The notes under the pieces are model-generated. The model was not told the DNA's origin, did no database searches, and saw nothing but the letters and a program-made list of their open reading frames with translations. From assembly GCA_951406725.2 (NCBI GenBank), contig OX597831.1, positions 39,990,001 through 40,054,000 of the forward strand: a DNA stretch of 64,000 nt. The letters run 5' to 3'. How positions within the stretch are numbered: the stretch's first letter is position 1; each line of letters starts with the position of its first letter. Positions 13,781 through 26,507 of the stretch are shown in pieces. Made by a program: the position numbers and the translations under genes. Source of the stretch: Octopus vulgaris. Its lineage: Eukaryota.

Positions 13781-14336
13781 TGAGTGAGGGAGTAGCACAC
13801 GCTGTGAAAGTGACACTGGGGTACAAATATATGAAGCCTAATATACCCATCATGACTACCCGTCTGATAAGGGTACACCAGGCACATGCATCAAAACCAT
13901 ATGTGCACAAAATAATGACCATCAAGATAAACACCGCACGACCTTGCAGGCAGGACCCAGTTAGAATTTTTTTAGGTTCAGTAGCCCATCCCACTCAAAA
14001 AGTCTCTGAATAAAAGTTTTTTTTAATATGATGAACAAAACCCCCATGATTCCAAAGGGGATTTATTCAAACCCCATAGAATTCCTCTCAACACATGGCT
14101 ATGATGCTCCCCCACTACTTCTGCTCGTGATCAGAGATGCACATATTGTCAGCCATTAAGGGACATGCTCAACTGGTTACGGTCAAGCAACAGACAAGCA
14201 AATCTGTGGTATTGGGCAGAATATTTGCTGCAGCCTATCTTTTATACCAAGACAAAACAATGTACATGATAACATTTCCAATCAGTTAAGATCAAAAGCC
14301 ATGAGAGACACTGCCTGGTACTGCATCATTGCATTT
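13781..14336 (-). mobile_element. Family D: ~555-bp non-coding element in TAA/TTA microsatellite context. Partial copies at 3329-3600, 26505-26790, 27500-27765
   Basis: Four clearly homologous copies, each abutting a (TTA)n/(TAA)n tract. No tRNA-like head or TIR seen. Orientation is inferred. Confidence 0.75.
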
Positions 14337-14572
14337 ATTAATTATTATTATTATTACTATTATTTACTTTTAATCTGCATGTTTGTTGCATTCACTTGCT
14401 AAGACACACCCAGTGTCCTAGGGTAAGTGATGGTTAAAAGATGTTACAATATGACTGAAAGCTTGGGAAGGGGTAGTGGCAGGGGCAGTAATGAAATATC
14501 TTCAGGTAATACAACAGACATTTAAATGGATAGGGTTTTTTCTAAGGATGTGAGCTGTACTTATCAGCACAA

Positions 14573-14710
14573 TCTTCTTCTTCTTCTTCTTCTTCTTCTT
14601 CTTCTTCTTCTTCTTCTTCTTCTTCTTCTTCTTCTTCTTCTTCTTCTTCTTCTTCTTCTTCTTCTTCTTCTTCTTCTTCTTCTTCTTCTTCTTCTTCTTC
14701 TTCTTCTTCC

Positions 14711-14745
<35 letters not shown>

Positions 14746-14748
14746 CTC
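14573..14748. repeat. Long pure (CTT)n grading into (CCT)n
   Basis: About 45 uninterrupted CTT units, then CCT/CTT. Confidence 0.95.
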
Positions 14749-17700
14749 GGTGGCTGCTGCTACATTTCTTCTCTCTTTATGTTCTGAGTTCAAATTCTGC
14801 CGAGGCTGGCTTGGCCTTTTATCCTTTTGGGGTCAATAAAATAAGCACCAGTTGAACACTGTGGGTCAGTGTAGTCGACTCACCCCCTTCCCCAAAATTT
14901 CAAGCCTATAAGAGATAAGATTATTATCATCATTATTATTATTATTATTATTATTATCATTATGAAGGTGGTGAGCTGGCAGAATTGTTAGCACACTGGA
15001 GAAAATGCTGAGCAGCATTTTGTCTTCCTTTACAATCTGAGTTCAAATTCTGCTGAGTTGAGCTCAGCTTTTATCCCTTCAGGGTTTATGATTTTGAGTA
15101 CTAAGCAAGCACTGGGGTCGATGTAATTGACTAACCCCTCTCCTCTAGAAGTTTCAGATGTTGTGTCTATAGTAAAAAGGATTATTATTCTTATTGCTTT
15201 GTAGTATGTGTACCTTGCTTTCATTAATTGTTTTAGGTGCCTGTCTAGTCATATGCAAACACTAATACCCTCTGAGCCCTCTTACCCCTTATTCAACAGA
15301 ATATACAAGATATGACATCTGGAGGGGTTGAGAGAGAGGTTGCTCCCCTAGTGTCCTGGCTAGTATTCATTTCTGCTCAGTAGATAGGAGGTGCAGGAAA
15401 TGAAGGAAGTACCTTGCTCAAGAACACAACCCACTGCCCAATAGAAGAACAGAACTTACAGCCTTATAATCATGAAACCAATACTTTCATCACTCAACCA
15501 CATGACTTTTCTCTGGCATCACATCCTGTCACATAACCTGATGATGACAAGCGTTCCAGTTGATTTAATCAATGGAACAACCTGCTCGTTAGCTCGTTAA
15601 TTTATCATGCAATTGATTGAGTACTCTACAGGCACATGTACTCTTAATGTAGTCCTCAGTGGGAGATCTAACAAGACATAAAGTGTGCTCAGGCTGGCCA
15701 TTTCGTAATACAGGTACAACTCGGTTTTTGCTAGTTGAATGAACTGGAGCAACGTGAAATAAAGTGCCTTGCTCAAAGAAACACTTGCGTCGCCAGGATT
15801 TGAACTCATGACCTTATGATCGTGAGCCGAATACCTTATCCATGGAGCTACATGCCAATCATATGACAACAAAAGGGAAGAACACCTGAGATAATGTAAT
15901 CATAGACTTACAACACCAGCTGAGCCGGCTGTTGTCTCGTTTACAGGTCAGCTCAACCTAAACCAGGTGAGCGATGACAATAATGATTATGACCACCACC
16001 ACCATCTCCAACAGCAGCAACATCAGCAATAAGATGATGCAGGTGAGTGGTGTGTAGGTAAAAGTGATGGAGGAAGGTTGGTGGGTGTCACAGTGACAAG
16101 GAGAATCTTATGTACATTATTTACACCTCGTTTAGAAGTAGAATGTTTGTTTGCTTTTTTTTTTGTTCATTTTGCTTGTCATCAGTTCTCCTTTGATGCT
16201 TAACTCGTCATTGTTGTGGCTGTTGACGTGATGGTGATGGAGGCGGAGGCGTTTGTTTCACTAATTACCTGTGCAGGTAAACTGCAGCATCTCCTCACCT
16301 ATCATTTCTTAACGACTTCAACACTAAAAGGTTCGTTTTTGTCCTTCATTAATACAGCCTGATTCGGTGTTTTCCTTCCTTTTTTCTCTCTGTCTCTACC
16401 TATCCCCCACTCCCCTGTACATCTCTCCCTGCATACATAGCTACCTGTATTTGAATGTATGTATGTAGGGATTGTTCCTTGTGTTTGTGCGTTTAAACAT
16501 ATGCAGATCTATGTAGTTACCTGTATGTGTATGTAGGGGTGGTTCTTTGTCTGTGTGTGTGTATGTTTAAACATATATATGTCTGTACAGAGAACGTGTG
16601 TGTACATGCATATTTACATTTAAGCACGTTCCTGCATATGTATACATATGTAAGACTGTTCGTGTGTATGTATGTATGTATGTATACATATTTTACCTAT
16701 GCATATCTGCATTTATATGCATGTGCACACACCCCTCTCTCTCAACTGCAGTCACATATATGCATATATGTGCATGTATTTAAACACACACACACACACA
16801 AAATATGTACATAAACACATGAAGAGAAAAAGAGAGATGTTGATTGTGTGTGTATGCATGCTTGGTTGATTGCAAACACATGCATGTACATCTACACATG
16901 TATATATAAACAAACATGTACATTAGAGCACTTATCCATACATGTAGACATACACTCACATACATACATACCCATATGTCTTTGTGTGTGCATGCATATG
17001 CACATATGCAACTGTCTACATGAATGTGCACATGTATGTAATAAAACATTCACATGTATTCATGGATGTCATTCTGCACAGTCTGCACACAGACGCAACA
17101 CTCATGCACATAGAGGCATATATTTGTATATGTGCAAGCATGTGTACATGTGTATACACACATGAAAGGAGTGGCTGTGTGGTAAGTAGCTTGCTTATCA
17201 GCCACATGGTTCTGGGTTCAGTCCCAGTGCATGACACCTTGGGCAAGTGTCTTCTACTATAGCCTCAGGCCGACCAAAGCCTTGTGAGTGGATTTGGTGG
17301 ACGGAAACTGAAAGAAGCCTGTCATGTATATATATATGTTTGTGTGTCTGTGTTTGTCCCCCCAACATCGCTTGACAACCGATGCTGATGTGTTTACATC
17401 CCCGTAAATTAGCGGTTTGGGAATGACCTCCTTTGACTAGCTATCTCTCTATCTTACCTAACACTTTAGCATTTAAACTGGGCATTTAAACTGAGCAGCA
17501 GCATTTCTCAACTGGTGTTCCCTGGAACCCTAGAGATGCAATAATGCTAATTTCATGATTGTAATATTACTATACATGCACAACATATTATTGGTTATTG
17601 TAATATTGTAATATAGACATCATCCTATCTAACCTATTATGTTATCAAGAAAATATAACAACCTTTGGGGATATATTTAATGATGTCTGTAATTTATGAC

Positions 17701-17823
17701 CCTGTCTTTTTTTTTGCCTGTCCTTCTAATTGTTGTTTCTCTTGTCCACCTTTGCATCATGTATCTGTCCAAACATTTTAATGCCCTCTATTTGCATTTT
17801 TGTTCCATTTATATATATATATA

Positions 17824-18219
17824 GGCGCAGGAGTGGCTGTGTGGTAAGTAGCTTGCTTACCAGCCACATGGTTCCGGGTTCAGTCCCACTGCGTGGCACC
17901 TTGGGCAAGTGTCTTCTACTATAGCCTCGGGCCGACCAAAGCTTTGTGAGTGGATTTGGTAGACGGAAACTGAAAGAAGCCCATCATATATATGTATATA
18001 TATGTGTGTTTGTGTGTCTGTGTTTGTCCCCCTAGCATTGCTTGACAACCGATGCTGGTGTGTTTGTGTGTCTGTTACTTAGCGGTTCGGCAAAAGAGAC
18101 CGATAGAATAAGTACTGGGCTTACAAAAGAATAAGTCCCGGGGTCGAGTTGCTCGATTAAAGGCGGTGCTCCAGCATGGCCGCAGTCAAATGACTGAAAC
18201 AAGTAAAAGAGAAAAGAGA

Positions 18220-18226
<7 letters not shown>
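17824..18226 (+). mobile_element. tRNA-derived SINE family A (~400 bp), best-preserved copy. More than 25 copies on both strands, e.g. 3601-3825(-), 4040-4405(-), 5669-6050(+), 7440-7800(-), 9318-9600(+), 19845-20250(+), 25053-25430(-), 34343-34717(+), 39075-39440(-), 45889-46345(-), 53592-53970(-), 62158-62595(+), 63749-64000(+)
   Basis: A box tggctgtgtgg, B box ggttcagtccc, CORE-like ccttgggcaagtgtcttc segment, internal (TA/TG)n, and tail ggcggtgctccagcatggccgcagtcaaatgactgaaacaagtaaaaga. Confidence 0.92.
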
Positions 18227-18264
<38 letters not shown>

Positions 18265-19019
18265 CACACACACACATATATATGTGATGAAAAAATCACG
18301 AGAAAGATATGGTATATAATTTTTGTGCAGGGGTTCCTTGAGTCATGTAATTTATTTTAAGGGTTATGCAAGGGTGAAAAAGTTGAGAAACACTGGGTTA
18401 GAGCATTGGGCTCACAATCACACCATAGTGAGTTCAATTCCCGGCTGTGTGTTATATTCTTGAGCAAGACATTTTATTTTCATGTTGCTTCGGTTCCCTC
18501 GGTGCCAAGCTGTGTCGGCCTTGGATAATATCGGTGATGTCGAGAGGGGAGGCTGGTATGCATGAGCGACTGCTGGTCTTCCATAAATAACCTTGCCTCC
18601 ACTTGTGCCTTGGAGGGGAATTTTCTAGGTGCAATCCCTTGGGCATTCATGACCAAAGGCGGGGTCTTTACCCTATATCCGGCCCAGGTATTCTAACTGC
18701 TTTATGTTTAAACTGGCCACATCTGGCTTCTCACACCAATCCTACAATATCATTCTTAAAAAAAAAAAATTAACATTTACCACATCAAAGTCTCATAACT
18801 ACAAGATAATGCATGATCAATTGAAAACAATATGAATAAAAAAGCATTAATTTTAACAGAATAATATGACTGCTAAACGGTTAATGTTGATACATTGCTA
18901 GAAAGCAAATTCTCTGGAGTCACTGTTGCTTATATCTTTCTGTCTTTGACATATTCATCGGTACATATGTGAATATATAAAAATGCTTGCATATTGCTAT
19001 TTGTATGTGTGTAGACACA

Positions 19020-19079
<60 letters not shown>

Positions 19080-21069
19080 CATAAATGCAAATATGTGTGT
19101 GTCTGTGTGCAGATAGGTATCATTGTATACATGTGGATGTTTTACATGTGTGTGTATGTGTACACAAATAGGTGGTTGCATGCATATATATACATGCATA
19201 CGCATACAAAGCCATGTGTATATCTGTGTGTGGATAAGCGTTCGTGTATATCTATACATATGTGATCAGATCAAGTGAGTGTGATCAGGTGATTGTGACA
19301 ATGATAATAAAAGTAAAATGGTACTGATGGCATTGACCGTGGTTTCTTGTTAATGTTAGTATTATTGTTGTTGTTGTTGTTGTTTAGCTCTAAATTTATT
19401 GCCATTCAGTAAAACCTATACCAAAAAGCATTTACCTATACCAAAAAGCATTTCAACCATGACCACCTCATCTTTTCCACATATGTATATGTAATCATCA
19501 TTATCAACATCATTTAATGTCCGTTGTCCATGCTGGCATGGGTTTGACGGTTTGACCAGGGCTAGTAATCAGAGGGGCTGCACCAGACTCTGGTCTGATT
19601 TGACATGGTTTCTACAGCTTGATGCCTTTCCTAACATGGCATACAAGCAAGCACGCACACACACACACACACACACTCTCAACCATCTCCTATGGATGTA
19701 TATCAGCAGCAGACAAAATTTGGCCAGAGGTGGCCGGTGAGAATGCTAGATGCGCATTTCTGCGGTGTTGCACTTTGTCAGTGACATGCACTCACTGTCA
19801 ACTGCATGTTAAGATGAATTTATTTTGGGGCATACGTTGATTTAGGCATAGGTGTGACTGTGTGGTAAGTAGCTTGCTTACCAACCACATGGTTCTAGGT
19901 ACAGTCCCACTGCATAGCACCTTGGGCAAGTGTCTTCTACTATAGCCTCAGGCCTTCCAAAGCCTTGTGAGTGGATTTGGTTGACGGAAACTGAAAGAAG
20001 CCTGTCGTATATATGTATGTGTGTGTATATGTTTTTGTGTCTGTGTTTGTCTCCTCAACATCACTTGACAACCGATGCTGGTGTGTTTACATCACGGTAA
20101 CTTAGCAGTTCAGCAAAAGAGACCGATAGAATAAGTACTAGGCTTACAAAGAATAAGTCCTGGGGTCAATTTGCACAACTAAAGGTGGTGCTCTGGCATG
20201 CCAACAGTCACATGACTGAAACAAGTAAGAGAGTTACGAATAAAAGAGTACGTAACTACAGTTTAGTTCTTATTGAACCTCATCAGTGAAGCATAGCCTT
20301 ATAAAACTTCAGAATGAGTGATGGAATATGAAGTTTATTTTGTGTGTGTGTGTGTGTTTGTCTTTTAGCTTTTATCTTTTACTTGCATCAATCATTGGAC
20401 TGCAACCATGCTGGGGCACCCACTTGAAAGGTTTTCGTCAAACCAATCAACCCCAAAATGCGTGAGAGCATCTGTCGATGCCCTTTTATTGGTTTGTGTT
20501 GCCACCTGACTTTTATTTGATCTGGATGATCTAGATACAGGGGCAGAGATGGAATCCCAGTGGGGGAGGTAATAAAACTCAGAATGTTTCAATAAACCTG
20601 ATTGGGAGTGGTGGTGTGAGTGGGATAGCTACTTGGGAAGGTTAGTTCTACTGATTCCCTTAATTGCTGCTGATTAAATGGCAAATGGTTGCCAAAGAGA
20701 GGAGCAAGACCCCATTTGCATTCATCACATTAATGGCGAAAGAAGGAATGAATCTGTTTGATTTATGTAGGAGGAAGAGGAGGTAGAGGTGAAGATTTTT
20801 TTTTTTTAATGTCAGAGACCAAATTTTTTTTGTTTTTAGTTCCTAAACATTTTGCTCGTTAAGCATTGCAGCTAATGAAGGAAAGGATAAATTAGCAAGA
20901 GGAATTTCTCAAGGTCACCCTCATGATTGAAATTATAGTTAAGTTAATATTATGTTATTTAATGTAAGGGATGTTATTGAAAGAAAATAAAAAGATTCTC
21001 TGAAAAAAGAACTGATTAGAAATAATTGTGCAGTGTGGAAGAGCATTCCCAACCATCCATCCATCCATC

Positions 21070-21256
21070 CATGCCAATGGGTAGGGGACCTCAGGGTAGA
21101 CCAAGAATGAGGTGATTGGATAATATTTAGTTTCATGATTGGTCGTGTTTGGGAATCCAGCCAAAAAGTATAATGAAGGTTGCTTCTGATAAGACCCTAT
21201 GAAGAAGTTCAGGATTCTACCCTCCTCAGAAGAGTGGATGAAGAAAATGGATGAAT
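21070..21256 (+). mobile_element. RTE-clade LINE 3' fragment
   Basis: PMGRGPQGRPRMR*LDNI, followed by a tail ending gaagaaaatggatgaat. Confidence 0.55.
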
Positions 21257-21549
21257 ACATATTTAGTAATTACTAGCAGTATTGTCTGGCTTGTGCGTTC
21301 TATGCACGCGCGAATTAAGCTAAACTTGGATGAAGTTCAATCAGCATTCAATTATTTTGGTTTTAAAATCAAGCATTTAATGCCCTCTATTTTTGCGCTT
21401 ATCTGTTTGCGCATTTCCTCAATAGGAAGTACGTAGAAGTCTTTCATAAATTTTTGTTGATCAAATAATTGCATTGTTGAATTATTCTTTTAGATCAGTA
21501 TTTCTCAACGGGGATTTCAGGGGAGAGTTTCAGGGAGTCGCTGGCGATG

Positions 21550-22069
21550 TATCGTGATGATCAAAAATCCGGCCTACTAAAATTTGGTTAAAGTGCAGAC
21601 TCAACACAAAATGGTTACATTTAATTCAAAGCGTTAAAAATGTTATGAAAACAATTGGTATGTGTTCACAAAGTCCAAACGATTAATACGAAACAACCCT
21701 CCAGGCTACATTCCCAAAGTTCATTTCTTTGCCGAATTTCTACAATGTTTACGGTGATTTGTTTTTATATCTTGATTTTTTATTTTTCATGCAATTTACA
21801 CATGCTTGCACGCGTGGTGAACACAGTTCACGTCAAACAGCTGACTAAGTAAAGTTCACTATTCAATGCATGGGATAAGGCCTAAACAAACACATTATCG
21901 ATTTTTGCACTTGTGAGATGAATTTCGGAACAGAAATAGCGCAGTTCAATTTTCATTCGCCTAAACTTTAAGTGACCCATTTTTTGTGGTTCTACGATTT
22001 GTTGGCTAGGAGAAGATGTGCCAGGAAGTTAAACACACAGACACACAAGTTGAGTTTTTTATATATAGA
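21550..22069 (-). mobile_element. Probable 5' part of a Helitron
   Basis: The minus strand begins A|TCTATATATAAAAAACTCAACTTGTGTGTCTG, resembling the 5' end of the 58952 element. The 3' end was not found and the left boundary is uncertain. Confidence 0.45.
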
Positions 22070-24030
22070 TTTCAATATGACTTCAGCAAGTATGTTGGAA
22101 TTTTCTGCCTCCCTGATGAAGTCATGCTCAGGCTGAAACATGCTTCAGGTTGTCTCCCATGCATGCTGCAATACTTAAAATAAAATATTAGTCATTGACT
22201 AATATTGTCTTTTTGGCATTACATAATATTTTTTTGTTTTTGTAATTAGCTTTTTAATGCTCGCTGCATTAATAACTATTGTAACGTCAACTTGTTAACG
22301 ATGGATAGCTTACTAATTAATGAGAATCCTTGAATTAATTGATAATTTTACTGGCCACCCCTGTATCTTTTCGCAATAAAATAATGGCACCCTTTAACAT
22401 TATTTTCATTTGTTTTTATTTCATTTCAGCCTTTTCTTTTTTTATATATTTTGTCCCCTTTCAAAACTAGAAATAAATATCCGTTGGAGTGTAACAGCTG
22501 TTCATGTGGAATATTTGAACTGTGTCCGACTGATGTTAGTTTTTTCTGGTTAGTCAAAAAAAAAAAAAACGGGGGAGGGGAGAGGGGGGCAAGAAGTAGC
22601 AAAAAAAAAAGGCACAAAAAAAAAAGAAAAGAAAAATGAAAAAGTGCAGAAGAATTATCGCTCGCTGACAATAATTCAATTAACAGTCACCAAAGCACCA
22701 CTCTAACAGACCAGAATTCCTTTTGATCAGTGAACAGGGTGACTGCAATTTTTTCCAGCTGACATTATAAATGGCAACGAGGCTACTTGCCAGAACACAA
22801 AAGCTTTAATAATTCGTTTAGTTTTATTCTATTTATTATTTAATTTCCTTTTTATTTACGTTTTTGTTATGTTATGCTTCATTCATTTTCGTTCTTGTAT
22901 TTTGATAGTCTCTTTGTACTGCTGGCGACATCTTTCAGAAGAATTTCTGCTAATTTCTGGCAGTTATATGCTGGATAAAAGGTAGTCGTTGCAGTAGTTT
23001 AGTCCCACTCCTGTCAGGTCAGTTCTAATCGATACAACCAGTATATGGTCAATGGCGCTCTAGCTATAACCCTTGTCTTTTGTTTATTTTTTGTAAAGAA
23101 TTTTTTTGATAAAAATAACATATCAGGGTGTGACAAGAGGGAAGTTTTAATATTATTTCTAACAGGTCAAATGGCCACTTTAGAAGGCTTTGCTGCAGCA
23201 GTTGTTATTTAACTCTTTTGATATCAAATCACCCAAGACCACCTCTGGATCTATGATACAAATTTCCTGTATTAAAGAGGTCTAAATTAAAACCGTCAAT
23301 CAAAAAAATGCCACATTATGTTCCAGCTGCAACTTACAAATGACAAAATTATTCTCACAAATTCTTCATAATTTTCGAAATTAATCAAATGAGAGGCAGT
23401 GCATTTCAACAGAAATATGATGACAAAAGGGTCAGCCCTTTCGATACCACCCAGCTTGAAACCAACCCTTGTCGTATTTGTATCATACAAATTTCTTGTC
23501 TTAAAGCGATATAAATCAAAATGTCCCATCGAAATTCCATGTTAATTTTGGTGCCAAATACCAGCTTAATAGCGACATTTATTTTAATAAATTCTTCATT
23601 ATTTTCAAAATTAATGAACAGGTATTTGTGTCATAGAACCAGAGGGCAGCTTCAGGTTAATTGCCATCGAATCGGGCGTGTTTTGTTGCAAATGACAATC
23701 TTAAGAATGAAAGTGGTTAGTAAACGTTTCCGAAATTCTTCCAGTTTCCAAAGCATCATCATCATCATCACTTAATGTGCATTTCTTCATGTTTGCTTCA
23801 GTCAGACAGAATTTGTTGAGATATTTTCTTCAGCCAGATACTCTTTCTGTTGTCAATCCTCATCTGTTACCAAACAAGGAGATGTTGTCCCCATGGCTGC
23901 ACATCATTTTCATAAAAGACTGGAAATAAACAACATCGCTTGTATGACAGTGGTGCTCATTTACAACCACCACATGATGTCTAGACACCTGTACACTCAC
24001 ACACATACACAGAAGCTACTTTCAGTTTCT

Positions 24031-24445
24031 TATTTCTTTATTGCCCACAAGGGGCTAAACATAGAGGGCACAAACAAGAACAGACAAAGGGATTAAGTTC
24101 ATTACATCGACCCCAGTGCGCAACTGGTACTTAATTTATCAACCCCGAAAGGATGAAAGGCAAAGTCATCCTCGGCGGAATTTGAACTCGGAACATAACG
24201 GCAGATGAAACACCTATTTCTTTACTATCCACAAGGGGCTAAACACAGAGGGGACAAACAAGGACAGACAAACGGATTAAGTCGATTCCCTTGACTTCAG
24301 TGCGCAACTGGTACTTAATTCATCAACTCTGAAAGAATGAAAGGCAAAGTCGACCTTGGCGGGATTTGGAACTCAGAACGTAACGGCAGATGAAATACCA
24401 CTAAGCATTTCACCCGGCATGCTAACATATCTGCCAGCTCGCCAC
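24031..24445 (-). mobile_element. Dimeric SINE B variant with a 12-bp TSD, inserted in an older SINE A
   Basis: ctttcagtttct at 24019-24030 and 24446-24457; two tandem body+tail units. Monomer at ~60862-61055. Confidence 0.85.
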
Positions 24446-26147
24446 CTTTCAGTTTCTGTCTTTAGTCAGCCTGGGCTGTAGCAGAAGATACTTGCTTAAG
24501 GCGACATGTGGTGGGACTGAACCCCAAGAGTGCCACGCTTGCATCTGCCATACTTACAAAAATAATTGAACAAGCATGCAGTGTAAAGTATCCCTTTAGA
24601 AATGTGATCTCAAGACTAATAAAACAAAGGTGTAATTTGAATGAGAATTGATTGCCATTTCTAGCATGTCTAATTACTGTATAGAGCCTGTGTTAGCTCT
24701 TTCATCTAGCATTCAGCAAAAGACACAGCATATGGTTCAGAAGTAAGCCACATGAAACAATTAGTTAGTCAGGGCAACATTTGTTACATTCAGAAATAAA
24801 TATTTACATTATTCATCACAGAGCTGACACAGTCCACAGCACATCAGGCAAAATGTTCATTAGCCTTTCTTCTGGCTCTTGATGTTCTGAGTTCAAATTC
24901 TTCTAAGGTTGATTGTGCCTTTCATCTTTTCAGGGTCAATAAAATAAAGTACCAGTAATGTATTGGGGTTGATGTAATCATTAACACCCCACCCCCCACA
25001 CAAATCCCACTTGAAATTGCTAGCCTTCTTGTAACAAAACTTGAAATTCCTTTATTCTTTTATTTGTTTCAGTCATCTGACTGTGGCCATGCTGGAGTAC
25101 TGCCTTTAGTCGAGCAATTCGATGCCGGAACTTATTCTCTGTAAGCCTAGTACTTAATCTCTCTGTTTCTTTTGCTGAACCACTAAGTTACGGGGACATA
25201 AACACACCAGCATCGGTTGTCAAGCGATGTTGGTGGGAACAAACACAGACACAAACATACATACATATACGGGCTTCTTTCAGTTTCCGTCTATCAAACC
25301 CACTCACAAGGCTTTGGTCAGCCCCAGGCTACAGCAGAAGACACATGCCCAAGGTGCCACTCAGTGGGACTGAACCCGGAACCATGTAGTTGGTAAGCAA
25401 ACTACTTACCACACAGCTACTCCTGCGCGCTTATGTTTATTATTATTATTATTATTAGAATAGTTTGGCTGCTAAGCGGTATTTCACCCATCACTATGTT
25501 CTGAGTTCAAATTCTGCCGAGGTCAACTTTGCCTTTCATCATTTCGGGGTCGCTAGATTAAGTACCAGTGAAACACTGGGATTGATGTAATTGATTAGTC
25601 CCCTTCCCACAACTTTCAGGCCTTGTGCCTCTTGTAGAAAATATTATTATCATGGTGGCGAGCTGGTGGAATCGTTAGCGCGCTAGATGAATTACTTAGT
25701 GGTATTTTGCCTGTCACTATGTTCTGAGTTCAAATTCCGCCGAGGTCCGCTTTACTTTTTATGCTTTCGGGGCTGATAAAATAAATACCAGTTGAACACT
25801 GGAGTCAATGTAATTGACTCATCCCCTCCCCTAAAATTGCTGCCCTTGAGGTAAAATTTGAAGCCATTATTATTATCATTATCATCTTCTTCCAATTCTG
25901 TTTCCATTTCTTGCTGAGTGTCTTCATGACACATAGGGCAGAGAAACTCACTGTAGACATTGGTAAGCTGTTAAAAGAAATACACAGGACTGTTCATTTA
26001 CAATGTCATGATATAGAAAAAAGAAGAAAAAATGGAAGCACCAGTTGAAATACTGGAGTTGATATAGTTGAGATACCCCTTTCTTCAAAATTGCTGGCCT
26101 TGTGTCAATTTTAGAAACCATTATTTTTATTATTACCATTATTATTT

Positions 26148-26507
26148 CTCTTTATCACAGGTTTTGTTGGAGGCCCGAGAGTCTTGCGTGCGAAGCAGGC
26201 TTGCTACCTTCAGCCTATGATACCGTGCTGTCTGTTCTTTTCAGCTATCTAATGCTTTCTTGATTCTTCTGGCCACACCAAGGAGGCAAACTTTTTGTAA
26301 CAGTTCTATTGGATACCCCATTCCAATTTCCTTTACATTCCCCTTGATGCCCTCTGTTACTGTTCCCAATGACCCAATGATACTGGGCGCTATGTTCACC
26401 TTCTTAATTTTCCATTGCCGTGCTATTTCATACTTAAGAGGATTGTATCTATCTATCTTTTCACCTTCCTTCTTGGCTATTCATAGGTCAAAGGAGCATG
26501 CTACATC
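26148..26507 (-). mobile_element. 3' end of an R4/Dong-clade non-LTR retrotransposon (REL endonuclease C-terminus, 3'UTR, TAA tail)
   Basis: Minus strand reads DVACSFDL*IAKKEGEKIDRYNPLKYEIARQW...IIGSLGTV...LLQKVCLLGVARRIKKALDS*, then UTR and a (TAA)n-like tail. Confidence 0.85.

Noticed and set aside
14526-14855. Poly-Leu / poly-Glu ORFs
   Set aside because: Reading frames through the (CTT)n microsatellite.
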